Shown here in pieces: positions 38,751 through 49,974 of a stretch of 64,000 nucleotides of DNA. Below the pieces are notes generated by a model. That model saw only the letters and a list, made by a program, of their open reading frames with translations. It did no database searches and was not told the DNA's origin. A program made the translations under genes and the position numbers. The first letter of the stretch is position 1. Each line of letters opens with the position of its first letter. Source of the stretch: an uncultured Mycoplasmatota bacterium (GTDB taxonomy: Bacteria; Bacillota_I; Bacilli_A; RF39; UBA660); contig CAMMWS010000001.1 in NCBI GenBank assembly GCA_946500695.1, forward strand, positions 13,211 through 77,210, written 5' to 3'.

Positions 38751-39332
38751 ATGATAGAATCAAAATTTTATAAAAAGAAACAACCAGAATCTAATAATAA
38801 GTTAAAAAAGCATATAAAAATATTTATAAATAAAATTTTAATAACTACAATCGTAACTTTAATTCTTCTAATTGGGTTTAAATTGAGTTTAGATTTTAAG
38901 AATAATTTTAATAAATATGTTTATAACACTTCATTACCGTTTACTGATTTTAAAGAATTATATGATAAATATTTTTTAGGTAATAAAGATGATAGTAATT
39001 CTACTAAAGAAGTATTTAATGAAGAACTCGCCTATACTGACAAGAGTGTATATGAAGACGGTGTTAAGTTAACTGTAGAGTCTAATTATTTAGTCAAAGC
39101 ATTAGATAGTGGTATAGTTGTATTTATTGGAGAAAAAGATAAATATGGTAAAACTATTATTGTTCAACAGATGAACGGTGTAGATGTGTTCTATGGTAAT
39201 GTTGAAGCAAGTGTCAATATGTATGACTATGTAGAAAAGGGAGCTTTGATAGGGGAAGTAATAGATACTAATCTTTATTTAGCATTTCAAAAAGAGGGTA
39301 GTTTTGTCGACTATAAAGAATATATTAAATAA
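38751..39332 (+). CDS. M23/LytM-domain membrane protein (SpoIVFA-like)
   Basis: N-terminal TM segment and C-terminal degenerate LytM domain. Lies upstream of an S2P protease, as in spoIVFA-spoIVFB. Confidence 0.5.
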   Translation: MIESKFYKKKQPESNNKLKKHIKIFINKILITTIVTLILLIGFKLSLDFKNNFNKYVYNTSLPFTDFKELYDKYFLGNKDDSNSTKEVFNEELAYTDKSVYEDGVKLTVESNYLVKALDSGIVVFIGEKDKYGKTIIVQQMNGVDVFYGNVEASVNMYDYVEKGALIGEVIDTNLYLAFQKEGSFVDYKEYIK

Positions 39333-40071
39333 AATTTCTATTCATCCAAGTTGTTATTTCTTAATACTTTTATCCCTTCTTTCAGGATATTTTAATCTAA
39401 TAGCAATTACTACTATCCTTCTTTTAATCCATGAGTGTGGACATTTCTTTACAGCCTATTTCTTTAACTGGGAAGTAGATAAAATAGTTTTCTATCCCTA
39501 TGGAGGAGTATCTAAATTCAATCATGAAGTCAACTGTCCCTTAAAAGAAGAGTTAATAGTTCTTCTAATGGGACCTATTATGCAGTTAGGATGTTATCTA
39601 GTCTTAATGAATATAACGTATTTCTATAATTATCAAGAAATACTTAAAACTATAAATTATAGTATATTATTATTTAATCTTTTACCAATCTATCCTTTAG
39701 ATGGAGGAAGAATTATGCAATTACTTATTTGTTATTTAACATCCTATAATCTTAGTTTTAAAATAATATATTTTATCTCGTTCATCTTTCTTTGTCTTAT
39801 TACAATCTTCTTTTTCTATAATCCTACCATAAATATTTTACTAATTATCGTTCTCTTAGTAATAAAACTACTAACAGAAAAAAGAAATATAAATTATTAT
39901 TTAGAAAAGTTTATTTTAGAAAGATACTTACATAAATATAAGTTTAAAAAGAGCAAGATAGTAAAGAGAACTAAAGACTTTAAAAGAGACTACCATCACT
40001 TAATTAAGATTAATGATAAATATTTTTTAGAAGAAGAATACTTATTAAGGAAATATAAAGATAAATTATAG
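39304..40071 (+). CDS. spoIVFB: Site-2 protease family M50 metalloprotease (SpoIVFB-like)
   Basis: HECGHF (HExxH) in a TM helix and the LDGG motif. Confidence 0.7.
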   Translation: MSTIKNILNKISIHPSCYFLILLSLLSGYFNLIAITTILLLIHECGHFFTAYFFNWEVDKIVFYPYGGVSKFNHEVNCPLKEELIVLLMGPIMQLGCYLVLMNITYFYNYQEILKTINYSILLFNLLPIYPLDGGRIMQLLICYLTSYNLSFKIIYFISFIFLCLITIFFFYNPTINILLIIVLLVIKLLTEKRNINYYLEKFILERYLHKYKFKKSKIVKRTKDFKRDYHHLIKINDKYFLEEEYLLRKYKDKL

Positions 40072-40132
40072 TGACATATTACTACTATAGATGTTATAAT
40101 TAAAAAGACAAAGAAAGTAGAAGGAGAAACAT

Positions 40133-40759
40133 ATGGAACAAATTATAATTAATATAATGGAACAAGTTGGTTACTTAGGAGTATTCCTTTTAATCGCTAT
40201 AGAAAATATTTTTCCACCAATACCATCAGAAGTAATATTAGTATTTGGTGGTTTCATGACTACTTATACATCACTTAATATACCTATAATGATACTAGCA
40301 GCAACATTAGGTTCCCTACTTGGAGCGATAGTACTTTATTATATTGGTAAAATCTTTAATAAAGAAAGATTAAAAAGAATAGTAAATGGTAAAATAGGTA
40401 AAGTATTAAGACTTAAAGCCAGTGATATAGAAAAAGCCGATAAATGGTTTGATACTAAAGGAAATAAAACAGTTTTCTTCTGTAGATTTATACCAATTGT
40501 AAGAAGTTTAATATCTATTCCTGCAGGTATGAGTGAGATGCCTATGCAAAAGTTTTTACTTTATACTATATTAGGTTCTCTAATCTGGAATACAGTTTTA
40601 ATAATAGTAGGTAGTATAGTAGGGGATAAATGGGAAACAATAGTTGGTTACTTAGATAACTTCTCTAATATAATTTTAATAATACTAGTAATAATCTTTG
40701 TAGTTGCAATGTACTACTGGTTTGTAATAAGAAAAAAGAAACAAAATAAAAAGGCCTAG
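40133..40759 (+). CDS. DedA-family membrane protein
   Basis: DedA/SNARE-associated signature. Confidence 0.8.
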   Translation: MEQIIINIMEQVGYLGVFLLIAIENIFPPIPSEVILVFGGFMTTYTSLNIPIMILAATLGSLLGAIVLYYIGKIFNKERLKRIVNGKIGKVLRLKASDIEKADKWFDTKGNKTVFFCRFIPIVRSLISIPAGMSEMPMQKFLLYTILGSLIWNTVLIIVGSIVGDKWETIVGYLDNFSNIILIILVIIFVVAMYYWFVIRKKKQNKKA

Positions 40760-40787
40760 GACAATATTCTAGGTCTTTTTGCATAAA

Positions 40788-41381
40788 TTATAATTTTAAA
40801 GATAAAACCTTTCCAGTATTAACTTTAGTAGAAGTAGAAGCATCTATGATAGGCAAATAAACTTTTTGCGACTCTAAATCTTCTATCATTTGTTTTAAAG
40901 TTAATAACTGGCATCTTATATAATCATTATTTTTATCATTATATTTCTGAAAATTACTAAATATATTATATTGTATTGCTAAAATGTCTTTTGCGGAAAC
41001 CTTTAAAAATTTTTGATATTCATCATCATATTCACAATCTCTAAACGGCAATGGAGATTGCATAAGAAACATAGGATACATACCATATATCTTAGAATTT
41101 CTTGCTTTTACTGTTAATATTTTATTATTTATCATAAACATGGGCTTACCACTTAATTTATTATATATAGAGTTTGAGCAATTTACATTTCTCGATAAAG
41201 AAACATAAAACTTTCCGTTATTACCATCACCTAGTTTTCCTAATAATATAGGAGCTTTTATTCCTTCTGTTATCATACTAATAAATTCATCTTGATTATA
41301 ATCAAAGGCATGATAATAAAAATCACTATCAAGTTTAATAGATTCATCCTCAATATAATGTATTATTCTTAAATAATCCAT
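40788..41381 (-). CDS. Hypothetical protein
   Basis: 197 aa with no motif recognised. Confidence 0.35.
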   Translation of the reverse strand: MDYLRIIHYIEDESIKLDSDFYYHAFDYNQDEFISMITEGIKAPILLGKLGDGNNGKFYVSLSRNVNCSNSIYNKLSGKPMFMINNKILTVKARNSKIYGMYPMFLMQSPLPFRDCEYDDEYQKFLKVSAKDILAIQYNIFSNFQKYNDKNNDYIRCQLLTLKQMIEDLESQKVYLPIIDASTSTKVNTGKVLSLKL

Positions 41382-41420
41382 ATTCTTTACCCCCTAACAT
41401 TTCATATTGCCACTAAGATA

Positions 41421-42176
41421 CTAATTAATTTTTTTAAATAATCTTTTGGTATTTTCTGTAGTAATTTCTTCTATCTCTAAGTAACCCATATCTTTTATTA
41501 AAGCCAACTTTTCTATAATATATTTAATATTACTAGATTGATTAACTAAATTTCTAACAGGTTCTGGACTAATATAAGGACTATCAGTTTCTACCAAAAA
41601 TAAATCATTAGGAACACTTTTAGCTACTTCAAGAGACTTCTTAGCATTCTTATAAGTAATTCTTCCTGCAAAAGAGATATAGTAATTGTTTCTAATCAAA
41701 TAATTTAAATCATCTATATCAGGTTGAAAACAGTGAAAAACACATCCTTCTCTAGGCTTAATATATCTTTCAAATATTACTATTACTAATCTATTACTAT
41801 TATTAGCATTAATTATAACTGGAAGATTAAGAGCATTAGCAATAGTTATTTGTTCTATTAAATATTTTTTCTGTAACTCTATATTATCTTTAGTAGTATC
41901 TAAACCAATCTCTCCAATCGCTACAACTTTCTCATTAAGAGCAATGTCATATAAATCGTCAATACTTTGATTTTCTACATATAAAGGATGAATACCAATA
42001 GCAGAGTAGAATTTTGCATTAGAGTTAGAAATAATTATGGACTCTTTTGCAGTCTCACTATTTAGAGAAACATTAATAACATTTTTTAGATTAGAGTTAT
42101 TATTTATATCAAGTATTTCTTTTTCTATATTTTTAGAAACTATACTATTAATATGCATATGAGAATCTATTGCCAT
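41421..42176 (-). CDS. tatD: TatD-family metal-dependent hydrolase
   Basis: N-terminal DSHMH metal-binding motif. Confidence 0.8.
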   Translation of the reverse strand: MAIDSHMHINSIVSKNIEKEILDINNNSNLKNVINVSLNSETAKESIIISNSNAKFYSAIGIHPLYVENQSIDDLYDIALNEKVVAIGEIGLDTTKDNIELQKKYLIEQITIANALNLPVIINANNSNRLVIVIFERYIKPREGCVFHCFQPDIDDLNYLIRNNYYISFAGRITYKNAKKSLEVAKSVPNDLFLVETDSPYISPEPVRNLVNQSSNIKYIIEKLALIKDMGYLEIEEITTENTKRLFKKIN

Positions 42177-42257
42177 AGTATTTCCTTCTTTCTAAAATTA
42201 TTTAAACATAAACTAATTATAAAAACAAGAATTACTATGTAATAATAAGTATATATT

Positions 42258-42950
<693 letters not shown>

Positions 42951-43031
42951 TTATGACAAAAAAAGCTAGGACAGCCTAACTTAATTTTTATGTATAATAA
43001 AACCTCTGATAAACAGAGGATAAATTCTAAA

Positions 43032-43107
43032 TGGTGGAGAATAGGGGGATCGAACCCCTGACCTTCACGGTGCAAACGTGACGCTCTCCCAGCTGAGCTA
43101 ATTCCCC
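43032..43107 (-). tRNA. tRNA-Ala(TGC)
   Basis: G3:U70 pair, anticodon loop TTTGCAC, CCA encoded. Confidence 0.85.
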
Positions 43108-43207
43108 GTTCTTTAAGAACAAATCGATTATATCACAGTAAAAAAACGCTTGTCAATATTTATTTGTAAAAAAATATATGATATTATTATTGCAAGGAGT
43201 GAGGTAA

Positions 43208-44218
43208 ATGAAAGTTTTATTATATGCAGAAGGATTAAAAGTAATAGGAGTAAGTGGTTTAGGTAAAGCGATACAACATCAAATGAAAGCTTTAGAGCTT
43301 GAAAATATTCCTTATACTACTGATCCAAAAGATACTTATGATATCGCTCATATTAATACATATTTTTTAAAGTCATATTTTCTTGCAAGAAAATTAAAAA
43401 AGAAAGGTATAAAAATAGTATATCACGCTCATTCAACAGAAGAAGATTATCGTGATGGTTTTATTTTTGGACACGTAACTAGTAAGGTATTTAAGTGGTG
43501 GATTATTAAGTGTTATCGATATGGAGATATTATTGTTACTCCTACAGAATATTCTAAAAATATCTTAGAACATTATAAAGGTTTAGAAGATAAAAAAATA
43601 GTAGCAATATCTAATGGTCTAGAGTTAGACTTCTTTAAGCCTGATAAATCATATAAGGATTCTTTCCGCAAAAGATATGGATATAAAAAAGATGATAAGG
43701 TAATTGTTGGTATTGGAATATATAGTAGAAGAAAAGGAATAGTAGATTTTGTAGAACTTGCTAAACGTCTACCTGAATATAAGTTTATTTGGTTCGGATC
43801 AAGTCCAATCGCCGCAGCGACTAGTGATGTTAAAAAAGCTTTAAAAGAATCTAAAGACTTGCCTAACATCAAGTTTCCAGGTCATGTACCTCAAGAAATG
43901 ATAAGAGAATCTTTAGGAGGCTGTGACTTATATTTATTCCCAACCTTTGAAGAGACTGAAGGTATTCCAATCATTGAAGCTTGTGCTATGGAAACTAATA
44001 CGATAATAAGAGATATACCAATATTTAATTATCTAACAGATGGAGTTAATGTTTATAAAGCGAAAGATGTTATGGAATTTGAAAAGAAGATAAAGATGTT
44101 TTTAAATGGAGAATTAAAAAGTGTAAGTAAAGGAGCAAGAAAAATAGCAGAAAGCTGTGATATTAAAACAGTAGGCAAACAGTTAAAAGAAGTATACACT
44201 GAAGTATTAAAGAAATAG
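43208..44218 (+). CDS. GT4-family glycosyltransferase (GT-B fold)
   Basis: EX7E-like region with EGIPIIEACAM. Adjacent to the collagen-like gene, as with spore glycosylation loci. Confidence 0.75.
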   Translation: MKVLLYAEGLKVIGVSGLGKAIQHQMKALELENIPYTTDPKDTYDIAHINTYFLKSYFLARKLKKKGIKIVYHAHSTEEDYRDGFIFGHVTSKVFKWWIIKCYRYGDIIVTPTEYSKNILEHYKGLEDKKIVAISNGLELDFFKPDKSYKDSFRKRYGYKKDDKVIVGIGIYSRRKGIVDFVELAKRLPEYKFIWFGSSPIAAATSDVKKALKESKDLPNIKFPGHVPQEMIRESLGGCDLYLFPTFEETEGIPIIEACAMETNTIIRDIPIFNYLTDGVNVYKAKDVMEFEKKIKMFLNGELKSVSKGARKIAESCDIKTVGKQLKEVYTEVLKK

Positions 44219-44279
44219 TTGACAAAATTAAAATAGTTCATATAATAAATATTACTTAAAAAAGAAAAGAGGAATTTAT

Positions 44280-45065
44280 ATGGGAAAAGAATTTGTAGAA
44301 TATCAAGGAGAAACTATACATTGTAGTGCATCAACGATTTGTTCTTGTTTAACTGATTATGCAAAAGATTATATCAAAAACGATAATGAGAAAATAGCGA
44401 ATATTGATACTAAAATAAGAGATGCCGTTTTAGTAGATGCTATTAACTATTTAGGCGGACAAGCTTTCTTTGGTTTTGGACTATATACTTATGATTTGTA
44501 TGATAATAGAAAACGTGATACATATGTAGAACCACAAGCACTTTTAACAATGACTACTAATTATTATGCTACTTATATTTTTAATGAAGGAATTACTAAA
44601 TCAGTTTTAAGAAATAATCATATGAACGAAGTTAAAGAAGAGTTTGATGCTAATGATGGTGCAATTGTACTATTAGACTTTATTAATTATATTGCAAAAG
44701 TAAATGATTTTGATAGAACATTTACGATGAAAGATTTATATGATAAATACCAAAAGCAACATCATAAAATTGAATTGAAAGAATTAAAAAGATTTTTGGA
44801 ACTTTCTGGCAGTTATACACAAAGATTACAAACTGGTGAAACAGTAGATGCTATTTTAGATGATATTAAAAGAAAAAATGACATCTATGAATTTAAGTTG
44901 TTAAGAAAAACAGAACTAGAAGAAATACCATGGTGGAAGAAAAAAGATATAAATAAAGAATTAGATGCTCTTACTTATGCTTATGCTAAATTAGATGATG
45001 AGAATAGAGTAGAAACAGATAATGAAATAATAAAAGATAAGATTAAAGAGATGTCTATAAGATAA
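44280..45065 (+). CDS. Hypothetical protein
   Basis: 261 aa with no motif recognised. Confidence 0.35.
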   Translation: MGKEFVEYQGETIHCSASTICSCLTDYAKDYIKNDNEKIANIDTKIRDAVLVDAINYLGGQAFFGFGLYTYDLYDNRKRDTYVEPQALLTMTTNYYATYIFNEGITKSVLRNNHMNEVKEEFDANDGAIVLLDFINYIAKVNDFDRTFTMKDLYDKYQKQHHKIELKELKRFLELSGSYTQRLQTGETVDAILDDIKRKNDIYEFKLLRKTELEEIPWWKKKDINKELDALTYAYAKLDDENRVETDNEIIKDKIKEMSIR

Positions 45066-45098
45066 TAAAAAAGTCAGGTTTATAATCACCTGATTTTT

Positions 45099-46226
45099 TT
45101 AAACATTATATTCTCTTTCTTTTTCATTACTTATATTTAAAATAATACCAACTAAAATTAAATAAGATAATAAACTACTACCACCATAACTAATAAAAGG
45201 TAAAGTAATACCTGTAATAGGTAAGAGTCCGACAGTCATTCCTATATTTTGAACTTGCTGGAATACAAGCATTCCAATAATTCCTGCCAAAACAAACTTA
45301 TCCCTTGAAGCTATCTTTTTAGTTGCCATACCAATTAATCTTGTATCAAAGAAAATAATTATACCAATTAAGATAATCGCTCCCAAAAGTCCAAAGTTAG
45401 AAGCAAATACAGCAAAGATAAAATCAGTTCCAGACTCAGGGAAATAAATAGGTGTTTGATTAAAGCCATGTCCAAATACTCCTGCTGATCCAATCGCTGC
45501 TAAGGCATTTTCAAGTTGTAAGCCACTACCATTTTGCCAATCTAATATTCTATCAAATCTATAATATAAGTCAGTACCAAAAATATTAACAAATAAATCC
45601 TCATTTAAGAAATAACATCCTAACACTAAACTAAGCATTACAGCAATTATTATTCCTAAAACAACAAACCATCTAAGCCTTATACCTGATGTAAACATCA
45701 TACAAAAGTAAATTATAAAATAAATCATAACAGCCCCTGTATCAGGTTCTAGGAAAGTTAAAATACTAGGTATTAAAACAACTATTAATGTTTTTAAAAT
45801 AAATATAAATTCTTCTTTAATACTAGGATGGTCTGTCGTTTCTCTAAAATTAGAAATCATAACAGCAAGTACTAACATAATAAATATTTTCATAAATTCA
45901 CTCGGTTGAAAACTACCTATATAAGGAATAACAAACCAACATTTACTATTATTTATTTCTGGCGCAAATAAAAGAAGTGATAATAGTAAGATGTTTCCAA
46001 TTATATAAAAAAACCAAGCATTCCTATACAAATAATCATTTTTTAATTTAAATAGTATTATAATTATAACAACACCAACTAAATACCATATCGCTTGTTT
46101 CAGTGCTAAATTACCATTATCAGGAGAAAGATACGTCATCGCACTGTATATACTAGTAATACTTATAATAAAAAATAAAACAATAGGTATAACAATTGTT
46201 AAGTCAATTCTTTCTTTTTTCCTCAT
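45099..46226 (-). CDS. SEDS-family peptidoglycan glycosyltransferase (FtsW/RodA/SpoVE)
   Basis: Ten TM helices and the conserved SEDS loop ...PESGTDFIF... Confidence 0.8.
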   Translation of the reverse strand: MRKKERIDLTIVIPIVLFFIISITSIYSAMTYLSPDNGNLALKQAIWYLVGVVIIIILFKLKNDYLYRNAWFFYIIGNILLLSLLLFAPEINNSKCWFVIPYIGSFQPSEFMKIFIMLVLAVMISNFRETTDHPSIKEEFIFILKTLIVVLIPSILTFLEPDTGAVMIYFIIYFCMMFTSGIRLRWFVVLGIIIAVMLSLVLGCYFLNEDLFVNIFGTDLYYRFDRILDWQNGSGLQLENALAAIGSAGVFGHGFNQTPIYFPESGTDFIFAVFASNFGLLGAIILIGIIIFFDTRLIGMATKKIASRDKFVLAGIIGMLVFQQVQNIGMTVGLLPITGITLPFISYGGSSLLSYLILVGIILNISNEKEREYNV

Positions 46227-46322
46227 AGTAACACGCTTCTTTCATCAAGGTCATTACTATTATATCAAAAAAAAGGCAATTTTATTAGTCAAAAAACATA
46301 AAATGTAATAGGAGGGAAATCT

Positions 46323-46649
46323 ATGAAACAATTACCACCAATTTTTAAACTTAATGATAGTCCTAAAGATACTAATCAAAAATACTATTATGAGAAAGTA
46401 AGCAATAGAATAAATACAAAAAAATACGAAAAAACTATTGATAATAATTTATCAATTGAAGAAAAAATAAATAAAATTTTTAAAACTAAAGGTTATGCAT
46501 TTAATATCCCTGTAACTATTACTTTTTCTAATAAAACAGTCGACACCTATCTAGCTTTAAGGAAAAATGATTCTATCATTACTTTAGATAATGAAGTAAT
46601 ACCAATCTCAACAATAACTTCATTAGAAATAAAAAGTCCATCAGCATAA
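46323..46649 (+). CDS. Hypothetical protein
   Basis: 108 aa. Confidence 0.3.
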   Translation: MKQLPPIFKLNDSPKDTNQKYYYEKVSNRINTKKYEKTIDNNLSIEEKINKIFKTKGYAFNIPVTITFSNKTVDTYLALRKNDSIITLDNEVIPISTITSLEIKSPSA

Positions 46650-46665
46650 AGATGGACTTTATTTT

Positions 46666-47064
46666 TTAAACACCACTTATAAATACATCTTGTAAACATC
46701 TAACAGCAGATACACAATCTAAATTAATAGTAAAGAATGTATTAGTTAAAAGATAAGGTTCACTACTACTAGTATCAGAATTTGTCGCTAACACTCTACA
46801 AGTACAACAATTACCTTCCAAATTTTCTAATCTAAAAATTGAAGAAGTACCACTTGTTGATCCTATTGTATAAGGAAAAGTCCAAAGTTCTCCAGTTGAA
46901 CAATTATAGAAGTTTATTGGCCTTGTATTATAACATACGAAATTAGGAGTAGGACCCAAGTAAGGCTTATCACATCCTAGTACTTCACAAGCATCATCTT
47001 TAACATTTTGTAAGCAAAGAATTGTCTCTAGTATGGATGTTAAACAATTTTTTTCATTACACAT
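46666..47064 (-). CDS. Cysteine-rich spore coat/exosporium protein, CotY/CotZ/ExsY family (paralog 1)
   Basis: FRLENLEGNCCTCRVLATN and TINLDCVSAVRCL correspond to the CotY blocks FRVEK..CCATLSILRP and CFCAIQCL. Confidence 0.6.
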   Translation of the reverse strand: MCNEKNCLTSILETILCLQNVKDDACEVLGCDKPYLGPTPNFVCYNTRPINFYNCSTGELWTFPYTIGSTSGTSSIFRLENLEGNCCTCRVLATNSDTSSSEPYLLTNTFFTINLDCVSAVRCLQDVFISGV

Positions 47065-47078
47065 AAAATCTCCTCCTT

Positions 47079-47483
47079 TTATAAATTATCAATGATAATA
47101 TCATCTAAACAACTAATAACACAGATACAATCTAAATTAATAGTTATAAATTCATTAGTAGATAGAAACGCTCTTGTTACATCACTAGTATCAGGATTAG
47201 GTCTTAAAATACGGCATTTAACGCAGGCATCATCAACACTTTCAACTCTAAAAGTAGAAGAAGTATTAGTAGTACCATCTAATGTATAAGTAGTACTAAA
47301 TATATTACCGTTTCTAGTATAGAAAGTAACAGGTCTTGTATTAAAACAAATAATATTAGGACTGCTTCCTAAATATGGCCTTGTACAGGACTCATCAAAA
47401 CAATCACTACCACTAGTGTTCCTTTGTAATATATCAATAACTTTTAATAATTTTCCTAAACAACATGTTTCTTTATTTTCCAC
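47079..47483 (-). CDS. Cysteine-rich spore coat/exosporium protein, CotY/CotZ/ExsY family (paralog 2)
   Basis: FRVESVDDACVKCRILRPNPDTSD and ITINLDCICVISCL. About 40% identical to paralog 1. Confidence 0.6.
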   Translation of the reverse strand: MENKETCCLGKLLKVIDILQRNTSGSDCFDESCTRPYLGSSPNIICFNTRPVTFYTRNGNIFSTTYTLDGTTNTSSTFRVESVDDACVKCRILRPNPDTSDVTRAFLSTNEFITINLDCICVISCLDDIIIDNL

Positions 47484-47639
47484 TGTTTACACCACCTCTT
47501 ATCTATTATCTAATATAGGTTATGAGACTATTCTTTTTTCGTGTAGTCGATTACCTATAACTTCTATATTAGTTTATGTGAAAACGTTTCTATAATTTCC
47601 ACTTTTATTTTTTTCTATAATAGAGTATAATTATATTGG

Positions 47640-47969
47640 GTGTTAGATATGAATTTATTAGATATACAATATGTAGTTATTATAGTAGTAATATTAATTA
47701 TCTTACTTGCTGTTTTAAAAGCTAACAAGAAAGATGCTAATATTGATTTAAACAAATTAGTAGAATATCTTGGTGGTAAAGATAATATTATAAGTACAGA
47801 ATCAAAATTATCTAGATTTATTGTAACTTTAAAAGATATTACTAAAGCAGACAAAGAGTCTATTGGAAAGTTAGGTGCTAAAGGTATAGTTGAAATTAAT
47901 AATCAACTAAAGATTATTTTAGGACCTGAGTCAAAACAATTAAAAAAATATATTGATGAATTAAAATAG
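47640..47969 (+). CDS. Membrane-anchored PTS EIIB(Glc-class)-like domain protein lacking the phospho-acceptor Cys
   Basis: YLGGKDNIISTESKLSRFIVTLKD...GKLGAKGIVEINNQLKIILG aligns with PtsG IIB ([21 protein letters not shown]...LGAAGVVVAG). The Cys position is Lys. Confidence 0.5.
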   Translation: MLDMNLLDIQYVVIIVVILIILLAVLKANKKDANIDLNKLVEYLGGKDNIISTESKLSRFIVTLKDITKADKESIGKLGAKGIVEINNQLKIILGPESKQLKKYIDELK

Positions 47970-48058
47970 AGAAGAATCTCTATTTTTTCTTTTTCCTCAT
48001 TTTTCGACAAATTTCTACAAAGCAGTGACATATACTTATTTTAGAAAGAGGGAAAAAT

Positions 48059-49315
48059 ATGTCGTATATTGAAGTTATAATTAAAAGTATTATCTTTTTA
48101 CTTTGTCCTTTATCTTTATATTTACTATATACAATTTATAAGAAAAATTTACTAGTAGAAGAAAAAGATTTAGGTTTTGAAGTAGCAGTAATTAGTTCAC
48201 TATATTTTGTTTTAAGATTTGGAACAAGTTGTTATAACGATTATCCTATTACTTTATTTGATATTCCATTACTTATATGTTATTACAAACGTAAAATATC
48301 ACTAGCAATATTTTTATCTTTAATATTAATTGTCTATGAGAGTTTATTTTTAAATATTAGTCCTTTATTTCTAGCTTTAGAGTATAGTAGTTATTTAATA
48401 ATATATTCATTATTTATAAAAAAGAAATTAAAACCAATTAATGTTGTTAACTATTTCATCATTATAAAAAGTTTCATGTTATCTCTAGCTGTATTTTGGT
48501 TTATTAATCCAGAAGCAAGTTTTTCATCAAATCTATTTTATTTATTTACAATTATCATAACTTTATATTTTGTAACTAATCTAATTATTTCTATCTTTGC
48601 TAAAGTAGAAAAAATAGTTGAGTTACACAGCGACTTAGAGAATATAGAAAAAGAAAAGGAATTAAGAAGCTCATTATTTAAAGTGACTCATGAAATAAAA
48701 AATCCTATCGCTGTCTGTAAGGGCTACTTAGATATGATAGATATAAATGATAAGAAAAAGGTAAGAAAGTATATTCCTATTATTAAAGATGAGATAACAA
48801 GAACTTTAATTCTTATGGATGATTTTCTAGATTATACTAAGATAAAAATAGAAAAAGAAGAAATGGATCTTATAATGCTTCTAGAAGATTTAGAAGAATA
48901 TTTAGGAGGATTGTTTAAGAAAAATGGTATAAAAGCAAATTTTAATTTATCAGATGAAGATATTTATATTAATGCTGACTATAATAGATTAAAACAAGTA
49001 TTTATTAATCTTTTAAAAAATGCTATAGAAGCGAAAGATGAAACTAAAAAAGAAAATAAAATAAATATAAGTATAGAAAGTGATAAAGAATTTATGAATA
49101 TAATTATAGAAGATAATGGAGTAGGTATGGATAAAGATGTTTTAAATAATGTTAGTGAAATGTTTTTTACTACTAAAAAAAGAGGTAGTGGCCTAGGTGT
49201 TAGTTTATCTAAAGAAATAATAGAACAACATAATGGTACTATAGTGTATAATTCAGTCAAAGGAGAAGGTACAAGAGTAACAGTAACTTTACCTAAAGAG
49301 ATAAATATGGGATAA
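48059..49315 (+). CDS. Membrane sensor histidine kinase
   Basis: Multi-TM N-terminal region, HisKA box VTHEIKNPIAV, and HATPase_c N/G1/G2 boxes. Confidence 0.75.
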   Translation: MSYIEVIIKSIIFLLCPLSLYLLYTIYKKNLLVEEKDLGFEVAVISSLYFVLRFGTSCYNDYPITLFDIPLLICYYKRKISLAIFLSLILIVYESLFLNISPLFLALEYSSYLIIYSLFIKKKLKPINVVNYFIIIKSFMLSLAVFWFINPEASFSSNLFYLFTIIITLYFVTNLIISIFAKVEKIVELHSDLENIEKEKELRSSLFKVTHEIKNPIAVCKGYLDMIDINDKKKVRKYIPIIKDEITRTLILMDDFLDYTKIKIEKEEMDLIMLLEDLEEYLGGLFKKNGIKANFNLSDEDIYINADYNRLKQVFINLLKNAIEAKDETKKENKINISIESDKEFMNIIIEDNGVGMDKDVLNNVSEMFFTTKKRGSGLGVSLSKEIIEQHNGTIVYNSVKGEGTRVTVTLPKEINMG

Positions 49316-49333
49316 TATTATTGAAGTGATAAT

Positions 49334-49906
49334 ATGTGGAATATTGAAGAAATAAAAAAAGAAGTAAAAGAAAATTTATCAGAATATAGATATAATCATT
49401 GTCTTAGAGTAATGGAAGAAGCATCATCTTTAGCTAAACACTATCATGCTAGTGAAAGTGAGATTTTAAAGTGCGAGTTGTGTGGCTTAACCCATGATTT
49501 ATGTAAAGAATTATCTCCTTTAGAAAATGAAAAAATTATAAAGGAATATAATCTACCTAAGGAATTATTATTAAAAGAAAATAAAAATATAGTTCATGGA
49601 TTTATAGCTTCCGTTATTGTTAAAGAAAAATATAATTTTACTGATAATATGGTTTTAGCTATTAGATATCATACTACAGGCTATCCTAATATGGATTTAT
49701 TAGGCAAAATTGTTTATTTAGCAGATAAGATTGAAAAAGGAAAAAATTATCCTGGTATTCTAGAAGAAAGAGATCTAGCTTACAAAAATATTGATAAAGC
49801 AATTATATTATGTCTTAAGAATCAAATAAAGAATATAAAAGAAAAAAATAAGACTATTAACCCTAAAGCTTATGAGACTTTACATTATTTACAAGAAGAA
49901 GTGTAA
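49334..49906 (+). CDS. yqeK: HD-domain protein, YqeK-like bis(5'-nucleosyl)-tetraphosphatase
   Basis: HD motif (RYNHCLRV ... LTHDLCKE). Confidence 0.6.
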   Translation: MWNIEEIKKEVKENLSEYRYNHCLRVMEEASSLAKHYHASESEILKCELCGLTHDLCKELSPLENEKIIKEYNLPKELLLKENKNIVHGFIASVIVKEKYNFTDNMVLAIRYHTTGYPNMDLLGKIVYLADKIEKGKNYPGILEERDLAYKNIDKAIILCLKNQIKNIKEKNKTINPKAYETLHYLQEEV

Positions 49907-49974
49907 GTAATTGCAATTATTTGTAAATAATGCTACAATTTATTTAGCTTAAGGAAAGGCAGTGGTGTTTTACT

